Shown here piece after piece: positions 37,299 to 45,318 of a stretch of 64,000 bases of DNA. Numbering within the stretch: the first letter of the stretch is position 1; every line of letters starts with the position of its first letter. Position numbers and translations under genes: made by a program. Where the stretch lies: contig JBBCAV010000153.1 in NCBI GenBank assembly GCA_051382305.1, forward strand, positions 11,387-75,386. Direction: 5' to 3'. A model generated the notes under the pieces. That model searched no databases. It worked only from the letters and a program-made list of their open reading frames with translations, and was not told the DNA's origin. The DNA comes from Bdellovibrionota bacterium FG-2 (lineage in GTDB: Bacteria; Bdellovibrionota; UBA1018).

Positions 37299-38540
37299 GT
37301 GCAACTAAAAAGTTTCGCCTTTTATGCGTGCTTGGTTTTGTTGGCTTTTGAGAGTGCGCCTTCGCTTGCTCGCACCCCTAGCACCCCCATTGGGCCAATT
37401 CGCGAATCTGTGCTGAGCCTGGATGGTTTCACTTTGGCACTCAAGCATTTTTCTAACCCAGGAAAACAGCCTCTTCTTCTCATTCACGGCCTTGCGCAAA
37501 ATGATCGCATCTGGGACTCACCCATTGGGCGCTATCGATTTGCACAAATCCTTCATGCTCAAGGCTATGATGTGTGGGTTGGAAACTTAAGAGGCGCGGG
37601 GACCGAAGGTTTTCGAAGCGACACGCCTCCTGGACCACACCACTGGACAGTTGATGACTATGCCATCAATGACATGCCAGCGCTGGTAGACAAGGTGTAC
37701 AGAGAAACCGGTCAAAAACCTTGGCTCATCGGCCACAGCTTGGCGGCATGGGTTTTCACGGGTTACCTTGGCGGAATTGACTACACGCTTGATGGACAAG
37801 TCAGCGCTGACGATGAAAAAAGTGCGGTCCGGCAAGCCACGGTGGCAGGAGTCATCACGATTGCAGGAGTCTACAATCTGGCTTGGGAGCATTCGGTAGA
37901 GAATCTCCTCAAAGATCCGATTCGCTCCGAAGAAGACTTCTATCACTCAAACTATGAACTGGAACTTCTGGCCAAGGATCGGCCGCTTTTCTGGATCATT
38001 CCTAGGCTCCCGGGGCTTCCACTCGGGTGGATTGGCACCGTTTTGGGGCTACAATTTGATCGGATTCCGCTGATCGGAAAAAAACTTACGCAAGCTTACT
38101 CGGGGCTGCAGTCGCAGATCATTAAAACGCCTGTGTTCAGCATGTTCTACTCGCCGTCGAACACGAATGCCGAGATGGTCAAGAAACATGTCGCCGATGG
38201 ATTTGAAGACCTGGGCCCCCATCTGGTTGAGCAACTTGCGAACGCCGTGAATAATCATGAAACCACGAGCTATTATCACTTAGAGCGCCCCCTGCAAGCT
38301 TATCGCTACAGCGATGTTTTGAAGTCGCTCAAACTCCCTATCCTCTTTATGGGCGGGGAAAAAGACCGGCTCGCCTCTACACATCAGATCTACAATGACG
38401 GGTATCTGAAGACCGCGAGCCTTGATAAGATGTTCATCACCGTCCCCAATGCCGGACACCTCGATATTCTAACCGGGGAAAACTCCTCTGAAATCACGAT
38501 CCCGGCTGTCGTGCGGTTTATCGAAGACCACCAGCGGTAA
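37299..38540 (+). CDS. secreted alpha/beta hydrolase (lipase-like)
   Basis: signal peptide; HGLAQN, NLRG, GHSLA nucleophile elbow, D in GEKD, GHLD; GGAGGGG RBS. Confidence 0.88.
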   Translation: MQLKSFAFYACLVLLAFESAPSLARTPSTPIGPIRESVLSLDGFTLALKHFSNPGKQPLLLIHGLAQNDRIWDSPIGRYRFAQILHAQGYDVWVGNLRGAGTEGFRSDTPPGPHHWTVDDYAINDMPALVDKVYRETGQKPWLIGHSLAAWVFTGYLGGIDYTLDGQVSADDEKSAVRQATVAGVITIAGVYNLAWEHSVENLLKDPIRSEEDFYHSNYELELLAKDRPLFWIIPRLPGLPLGWIGTVLGLQFDRIPLIGKKLTQAYSGLQSQIIKTPVFSMFYSPSNTNAEMVKKHVADGFEDLGPHLVEQLANAVNNHETTSYYHLERPLQAYRYSDVLKSLKLPILFMGGEKDRLASTHQIYNDGYLKTASLDKMFITVPNAGHLDILTGENSSEITIPAVVRFIEDHQR

Positions 38541-38567
38541 GACTAATATTTGCAGCCCCTCTGAGGC

Positions 38568-39479
38568 ATGAACAAATTTATTTTTCCACACGGCCTAAGT
38601 CGGTGGATGTTTGTCTTGACGATTCTAACGCTTTCTTGTGCCGAATTCATGGTTTCATGTAGCAGCAAAACTACGCCGCCCCTCCCCCAAGAGAGCCAAC
38701 AGCCAGGTATAGCACCCACAACCATTCCGACCGCTGAGCCGCCGGAAACTCCGACGGAAACTCCAACAAGCCCCTCACCAGTTCCTGACGCTCCTGGAAC
38801 CGCGCCTTCACCAAGCGCTCAGCCAGCGCCGTTGCCATCCGCCATCCCAAGCCCTTCTCCGATTCCCACGCCCACTGAAACCGTCACTTGGTCCATTGTC
38901 TCTGAGAAAAAAGATTGTCCCTACCCCCTTTGTAAAGGCCGTGGGCTTTTTTGGATTGACAGCACGGGGCACTACTTTCAAGAACGCGAACAGGAGTCAG
39001 AGGACGACTTTAGGTTTCCCGATGCTCTGCGAGCGCAGGGCCGAATTACTCCCAGCGAACGGGTTGAGCTCTCAGCCATTGCGGACGTGGTGGCGGAGCA
39101 GAACTTTTCGCACTGGATGAGCTGCTCACCGATGAGTCCCGTACCGGGAATGTCGAGCGTGACCCTTCAGATGTGGTTTACGGATTGGACACTTCAAACT
39201 ATCTATAAAGTGGATGTCCAGAATGAAGAGGCCTGCCACGCAGGCAGCCTACCCAAGGCGCTGGCGCTTTACCGTGTGCTCGACACCTTGGTAAATAAAT
39301 ACTATATCATTCCTAGTAGTTACGAACCCTGTCGCGACAAAGCTTGTGGTGAACAATGTAAGATCTGCTCGCCCGATGATCCCACGTGTGAGGAGACAGC
39401 TGTCATAAAGCACTGTGACGCGCAAAAACACTGTGTGCCGGGGGTCGTGAGCTGCCCACCCGCAGCTATAAGTCACTGA
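38568..39479 (+). CDS. putative lipoprotein with Pro/Thr-rich linker and Cys-rich tail
   Basis: lipobox-like Cys, PTPSP repeats, C-terminal multi-Cys module. Confidence 0.65.
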   Translation: MNKFIFPHGLSRWMFVLTILTLSCAEFMVSCSSKTTPPLPQESQQPGIAPTTIPTAEPPETPTETPTSPSPVPDAPGTAPSPSAQPAPLPSAIPSPSPIPTPTETVTWSIVSEKKDCPYPLCKGRGLFWIDSTGHYFQEREQESEDDFRFPDALRAQGRITPSERVELSAIADVVAEQNFSHWMSCSPMSPVPGMSSVTLQMWFTDWTLQTIYKVDVQNEEACHAGSLPKALALYRVLDTLVNKYYIIPSSYEPCRDKACGEQCKICSPDDPTCEETAVIKHCDAQKHCVPGVVSCPPAAISH

Positions 39480-39576
39480 AAATACAACCAAAAATACTGC
39501 GGCCAAAACGCAATACTGTAATTGTCAACTAATCAATTCCGAGCTATAATCATATTTGGGGGAACTAGATATCGCT

Positions 39577-40536
39577 ATGGGGATATCGCGACGCTCTTTT
39601 GCCACTGCCTTCGTTTCAGCATGGGCAACACTTGCCATGTGTTCGTGCGCCGTGGAGTTCTACAACGACCCCAACGCCGAGACGCCCGCAACTGCAGCCG
39701 CGACAGCCGATAACATCGAATCGCCCACTCCAAGTCCTTCGCCTTCGGCGTCGGCAACGCCATACGCTTCGCCTTCAGCGTTGCCGAGCCCGGCATCAAC
39801 TGCTTGCGCTGACATCGCAGGGGACTGGGCTGGCCCATGCAGATCAAACTCCAAAACAATGGTCTTATACACGTTTAATTCAGACTGCAGTTATAGTGGA
39901 TTCACCCAAAACTTCTCCGATGCCAACTGCGCTGTTGCGACGACGCAATCAGATGTAATCTCGGGCACCCTCGGCTTGGGAACCGAATCCTCGGGACAAA
40001 AGAGTCTAACACTTACTGAAACTAGCAGCCACTTCAGCCAAACTCTCTATTCTGCAATTGAAATTATCAATAACGAACTCTTCATGCAAACTGAGTCTGC
40101 TTCAGCCGTCTCATTGACCTCGCCACTTGTTATTTCATTTACTGACACCAGCCGAGGTTTAGGCCCAGCAATGACGGCGGCAAACCTTGCAGGAACGTGG
40201 ATCATAAACACTTGCGCCTGGCGTGGGGCCTACTCTGCCTATGCCAAGGACATCTATACCTTTGACGCAAATGGCGCCGCCACCCTCACAATCAAGGCCT
40301 ACTCCGATGCAGGTTGCACAAGCTTAACTTCAACAAACTCAGTCTACTCGGGGCATTACGCGCTCACTGATCTTGGAGGAAACAACTCAGGTGCCCAAGG
40401 CATCAACTTTAGTAACCCCGCGCTCACCGTTGACGGACACGGCTCAGACATTTTCGTCACCTTCTGGGGATCTGGGTTCATCGGATTCGATAGCACACGC
40501 GCCATTAACACCACGCCCTACTACACCAAACAATAA
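39577..40536 (+). CDS. putative lipoprotein with Pro/Ser linker and two internal beta-rich repeats
   Basis: MCSC lipobox-like motif; IAGDW..PC...YTF...SDANC and LAGTW...TC...YTF...SDAGC repeats. Confidence 0.7.
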   Translation: MGISRRSFATAFVSAWATLAMCSCAVEFYNDPNAETPATAAATADNIESPTPSPSPSASATPYASPSALPSPASTACADIAGDWAGPCRSNSKTMVLYTFNSDCSYSGFTQNFSDANCAVATTQSDVISGTLGLGTESSGQKSLTLTETSSHFSQTLYSAIEIINNELFMQTESASAVSLTSPLVISFTDTSRGLGPAMTAANLAGTWIINTCAWRGAYSAYAKDIYTFDANGAATLTIKAYSDAGCTSLTSTNSVYSGHYALTDLGGNNSGAQGINFSNPALTVDGHGSDIFVTFWGSGFIGFDSTRAINTTPYYTKQ

Positions 40537-40564
40537 CCTCCACACATTCTGTTATTCTCCCCAT

Positions 40565-42052
40565 GTTATGTGAAAAATCAAGCAAGGACTTTGCCCTAAA
40601 TTGACTTTTTGTATTCTGTGATCTCAAAATAGTTTCTGTTTTTACGGTTCTTTTCCCTTTTCTATCTGCTTCGACAATTTTAGCTGAACGACCTGTTATT
40701 CGTAGTCAAGGCCTTAGCCTCGCCACCAGTTGCAAAATTCGCTGTCTAAAAATCATGTGCCGCGCCACATACTGGGACTACGTGATGAGAAAATCCTCTC
40801 ACGAGGGGGATAACGTAGTCACGGCAAAGCTCTCAGTTCATACCTTTTTGTCGATGCAAATCATTGTATTCGATCAAAACTTCTATTCGCTGTTGTGTGT
40901 TTCGACTCACATGCAGACCCCCAATTGATATGTCATTTTTTGCCTGAAACAGGCCCTAATTCGACCACTAAGTTTTCTGGCAATGGCGACGATTGCCCTT
41001 TTCTTGCCGCGCGTGCCAGCGATCCGTTCGAACATGGCTTTAAGCGCCGGATCTTTATCTATCGCAAACCATGCGGCCTCCACCAATATTTGCCGGACTC
41101 GATACGACCCCTGATGCGTGATGTGGCCTCTTCTAACGGCGTAAGTCCAGTGAATTTGAACAGCTCCCTCTCATTATTGAATCGCTTTGATAAGTCACCC
41201 ATCTCGTTTGACAGTACTCGCGCTCCAATTGGCCCAATGCCCGGCACACTACGGTAAACCTTTTCCAGATGAAGGTCCTTTTTGCTTTGCTCCTGAAGCT
41301 TCTTTCGAAGATCCACCAACTGTAGGGTCAAAAAACGCCATTGTTCGATCAAGAGATTCAAGGAATCCGAAAGGTCCTCGGGTAATTGCGTTTCTTAGAT
41401 CTCTTTTAAACGGCGATTGCAAAGCGTCCGTTTAGGAGTATTGCAAGTGAGCAAGCCAAAATAATAGAGTTTGCTCTTAATTTGTCGAGCAACACGTCCC
41501 CGCGATTCTACAATCTGCTCCCGCGTGCGTGTTAACTGCCGTCTAAGTTCTTGCGCCCGATCTGGCACAAAAATACAACGAAGTCTTCCCGCCTCTAGCT
41601 GCTCCGCGAGTTTTTTTGAATCCCGGCGATCTGTTTTGACTTTGTCGTTAGCAGCCACTTCAACGGACGCCGCATTGATTACGATGTTGTGAATGCCTCC
41701 CTCGACCAATGTACGATGTAGTACAAACCCACTAAAACCAGCTTCGTACACGCTAAAAATACTCTTCGCATCCCCAAAGCTCCGCTTCAAGAAGGTGACG
41801 ACCCCAGTCGGGTTTGCCTCCATCGTTACCCGATAGGCGATCTCTCCGTCGCATCGAACGGTAATCGAATAAGTTTTTAAATGAACAGCAATTCCCACGT
41901 AGACTTTTTTCCCTTTATAGCTGATTTTCTTAGCGCTCATATGAGCCCCCCTTGGTTGGTTTTGTTGTTTGTTTAGCAACCTGTAACAAATGCCAATCAA
42001 GGGGATCTTTCAATAACTTCTCTCACCACTCCTTGTGATTTTTCAGCATAGC
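40565..42052 (-). mobile_element. IS110-family (IS1111-like) insertion sequence, inactivated
   Basis: transposase remnant flanked by imperfect inverted repeats with core TGAAAAATCA (40571-80) and TGATTTTTCA (42036-45); ~320-nt non-coding region 3' of the transposase. Confidence 0.75.
40907..41940 (-). pseudogene. IS110-family DEDD transposase pseudogene
   Basis: YVGIAVH (first Asp lost), YEAG, KTDRRD, SVPGIG, GLTP; in-frame TAA at 41395, SSG segment missing, later frameshifts. Confidence 0.88.
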
Positions 42053-42081
42053 GACTGAGAGTGTGCTAGAATCCTCCCTCT

Positions 42082-43305
42082 ATGGGAAAAATCTTGTTTT
42101 TCGTCTTCGTTCTGCTTGCCACGCTTTCGCCTTTTTCAGCCCGTGCCGGAGGCCTCTGGAAAGCCACCGAATCTTGGAACTGGGATTGGGAAAAGCGCTA
42201 CGCTACCTGGGTGGACACGGAGTTGACGGCGGATTTCTTTTTCCGCTTTGGAATTCCCACCGACTGCGCCGACGCAGGCCTGGCTGCGCGCTGGATCTTC
42301 TCGCGCATCAATCACCTTCCAGCTGGAAACCATCTCGCGGGCGCTGATAAACTTTTGACTCACCAATCAATGCGACGTGAATGGATGAGTCTGCCGACGT
42401 CTGAAAACTGGGCAGAAGACAAACGGTTTCGAGCCGCACTCGATTATCTTCTTCTTTACACCGATTCCCACAGCGTTTTCCGGGACACTTATCCTGTTGC
42501 GATCACCCCAGAAGCCCTTGCGCCCGGAACACTTCAACTCGAAATCAGTGAGCACAGCGGCCACACCTATATTGTAAGACACCTTGATCTCACCCCCAAA
42601 GCCGAAGTGCCAATCGGACTTATGAACTCTACCGTTCCCAGAAAAGTACGAATTCTAGCTGAAACGGGGTTCTGGCGAATGGATCAACCCACCGAAGAAG
42701 AGGGGGGCTTTAGAAGGTTCCTCTGGATTAAAGAGATCGAGCATGGCCAGTGGGCACAGCTCGCGCCCGAAGAAATGCCCTACTTTTCTCGTGAGCAATT
42801 CGAACCCTTTTTTGTCGCGGGTTTTTTTAGTTTTGCCGATGCCGTGATTGTACGAATCAATCCTACCTATGACCGAGTGAAACGACTCATTGGAGGAATA
42901 GAGAGCCTCAAAACCCAACTCATCATGCGGATGCGACTCATCGAAAACGGCATTCAAGTCTGTCAAACAAATCCGTGCACTCCGCAATCGGCAAACTATT
43001 ATTATTGGAGCACGGATCATCGAGACGCACAAATCGGCGCCGTCTTCGAACAACTCGAAGCCCTTTACCAGGAACTAGCTCCCTTTCACTCAGAGCTCGC
43101 TGCGAATTGGGAAAACGAAATGAATCAAGTCTTCCTCGTCCCACTGCCTTCCTTACCTTTTTCGCTCAAAGAACTCGCTAGGCGATGGAAGACGCATCAG
43201 TATTCTTCTGATCCCAGAGATACGGAAGAAGCGCGCTGGGGTGGACCCGTAACTGAGTTAGCCCTTGAAATATCGGCGCTACGCAGCCATACTCAGGCAT
43301 CATGA
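42082..43305 (+). CDS. hypothetical secreted protein with DCAD...SGH motif
   Basis: signal peptide ending ARA; 407 aa. Confidence 0.7.
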   Translation: MGKILFFVFVLLATLSPFSARAGGLWKATESWNWDWEKRYATWVDTELTADFFFRFGIPTDCADAGLAARWIFSRINHLPAGNHLAGADKLLTHQSMRREWMSLPTSENWAEDKRFRAALDYLLLYTDSHSVFRDTYPVAITPEALAPGTLQLEISEHSGHTYIVRHLDLTPKAEVPIGLMNSTVPRKVRILAETGFWRMDQPTEEEGGFRRFLWIKEIEHGQWAQLAPEEMPYFSREQFEPFFVAGFFSFADAVIVRINPTYDRVKRLIGGIESLKTQLIMRMRLIENGIQVCQTNPCTPQSANYYYWSTDHRDAQIGAVFEQLEALYQELAPFHSELAANWENEMNQVFLVPLPSLPFSLKELARRWKTHQYSSDPRDTEEARWGGPVTELALEISALRSHTQAS

Positions 43306-44567
43306 ATCCCTCCCTCATCCAATGGCTTGCGCTAATTATATTTGGGCTTGCGGTAAGTCACACATTTCTCGTTAAACGGTTTCAACACTGGGCCCATCAA
43401 TACCGCGAAGGATCGGTTCCGGAAAACTTTTTCCATCTCTTGGGCGAAGTCGAGATCGTCTTTGGACTTTGGGCGGCCGTTTTGATTTTGGCTCTAGCCG
43501 CCCTGAGTGGCCCCACAGTTGCTATCCAGTATCTTGAGTCACGAAACTTTACGGAGCCGGCGTTTGTTTTTGTCGTCTTAAGTCTTTGCTCCACCCGCCC
43601 CATTTTGGAGCTTGCCGAAAGATTGATCTCAGCTCTCTCAAAGCTTCTTCCGTTTAAGCGCCCCATTGCATTTTTTGCAACCGCCTTGGCCGTGGGTCCG
43701 ATCTTGGGGAGTTTCATCACGGAGCCTGCAGCGATGACAGTGACGGCGCTTCTCCTTCTGGACCACTTTTTTGGGAAAGAAATCTCCACCCAGCTTAAAT
43801 ACGCCACACTCGGGGCCCTCTTCGTCAACGTCTCCATTGGCGGAACCCTCACGCCCTATGCCGCCCCTCCTGTACTCATGGTCGCAGGATCTTGGGGCTG
43901 GGGACTCAAACACATGTTTCTTAATTTTGGATGGAAAGGTGCGACCGCCTGCATTATTTCAGCCGCATTTGTCGCGATCCGGTTCAAAAAAGAAATCAAC
44001 ACCCTTCGCGTCGACCTGAAACTCCGCGCCCGAAGATCTCCGCTTTGGGTACAAGCCATCCACTTGCTGTTTCTCATCGCAACTGTCGCGGCGGCCCACT
44101 CCCCTACAATTGTCATTGGCTTGTTCCTCTTCTTCTTGGGCTTTACGCGAGTCACAAGTGAACACCAGGAACCGATTCAGCTACGACAAGGACTCCTCGT
44201 GTCTTTTTTCCTCGCAGGACTCGTCGTGATCGGAGGCCAGCAGAATTGGTGGCTCGGACTCATTCTGGGTCAGCTCTCGACTCTCTCGCTCTACTTAGGT
44301 GCTATCGTCCTTACTGCTTTTACGGACAATGCCGCCCTCACCTATTTAGGATCACTGGTCCCTACGCTCTCAGATTCCTCGCGCTACGCCTTGGTTGCAG
44401 GCGCAGTCGTGGGTGGTGGCCTCACCGTGATCGCTAATGCACCAAATCCAGCAGGCTACAGCATCCTCAATCCGAGCTTTGGCGAAGAGGGAATCAGTCC
44501 CCTTGGACTTTTTCGCGCAGCCCTGATTCCGACCGCGATTGCGGGGACATGTTTTTGGTTGCTCTAA
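43302..44567 (+). CDS. putative Na+/H+ antiporter (DUF1504-like)
   Basis: multi-TM; HLLGEVE, GSFITEPAAMT, NVSIGGTLT, TDNAALTY and GGLTVIANAPNPAG motifs. Confidence 0.85.
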   Translation: MNPSLIQWLALIIFGLAVSHTFLVKRFQHWAHQYREGSVPENFFHLLGEVEIVFGLWAAVLILALAALSGPTVAIQYLESRNFTEPAFVFVVLSLCSTRPILELAERLISALSKLLPFKRPIAFFATALAVGPILGSFITEPAAMTVTALLLLDHFFGKEISTQLKYATLGALFVNVSIGGTLTPYAAPPVLMVAGSWGWGLKHMFLNFGWKGATACIISAAFVAIRFKKEINTLRVDLKLRARRSPLWVQAIHLLFLIATVAAAHSPTIVIGLFLFFLGFTRVTSEHQEPIQLRQGLLVSFFLAGLVVIGGQQNWWLGLILGQLSTLSLYLGAIVLTAFTDNAALTYLGSLVPTLSDSSRYALVAGAVVGGGLTVIANAPNPAGYSILNPSFGEEGISPLGLFRAALIPTAIAGTCFWLL

Positions 44568-45211
44568 CCCAAAACCGCGCTTTCGTTTTTCTTCAAATAC
44601 GCCAGGTAATCTTCTTTGAAAGTCGGCCTCACCGATTCCCGAACCGCAGGGAACGCAATTAGGGCTTCCGCCCATTTTCGGGTTTTAGGCATTGGCGACC
44701 AGGCAGAATCTGTCCACAAGCTGCTTAGAAGCTCTAGTCTTACAAAAAGAGGCGCAAACGAGGTATCGACTAAGGAAAAAGTTTGTCCGCTAAAATAGGG
44801 CCCTTTGATCATCGGTTCAAGTTTCTGCAGCGTTTCAAAAAACTCCGCTTTTTGAGTGGCCAACGCCTCTCGCTCCTTCTCCACCGAAACTTCATAGAGC
44901 ATCCCAATGAGCTCCGAAGCATATTCGATCCACGCGCGTTCAAATGCTTTTTGCAAGGGCTCGGAAGCCAGCAGTCTGGGCGCAGTCACTTCGTCCAAGA
45001 ATTCGTTAATAACTGCCGACTCAAAAATGGCCGTTTTGTCATCCACCATCAACACGGGAACTTTTCCAAGCGGGGAGAGCTTTAAGAACCATTCCGGCGG
45101 ATTCACGATGTCGACATCTCGAAAAGTGAATGGCACCTTCTTGTGTTTAAGTGTGATCACCGAGCGTTGAACATAGGGGCAAAGTGAGAAGCTAAGAAGC
45201 TCGAATTTCAT
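44564..45211 (-). CDS. glutathione S-transferase
   Basis: CPYVQR, SPLGKVP and FESAVI.E motifs. Confidence 0.92.
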   Translation of the reverse strand: MKFELLSFSLCPYVQRSVITLKHKKVPFTFRDVDIVNPPEWFLKLSPLGKVPVLMVDDKTAIFESAVINEFLDEVTAPRLLASEPLQKAFERAWIEYASELIGMLYEVSVEKEREALATQKAEFFETLQKLEPMIKGPYFSGQTFSLVDTSFAPLFVRLELLSSLWTDSAWSPMPKTRKWAEALIAFPAVRESVRPTFKEDYLAYLKKNESAVLG

Positions 45212-45318
45212 AGCGCTAGAGCTTAGCGCGTGCGCGCGAGATTCGCAACGAGGTCATTTGGCTCAGCGCCGCCATCTAGAATCATTGACATTATTGGCCT
45301 TCCCGCAGTATTCATTAA

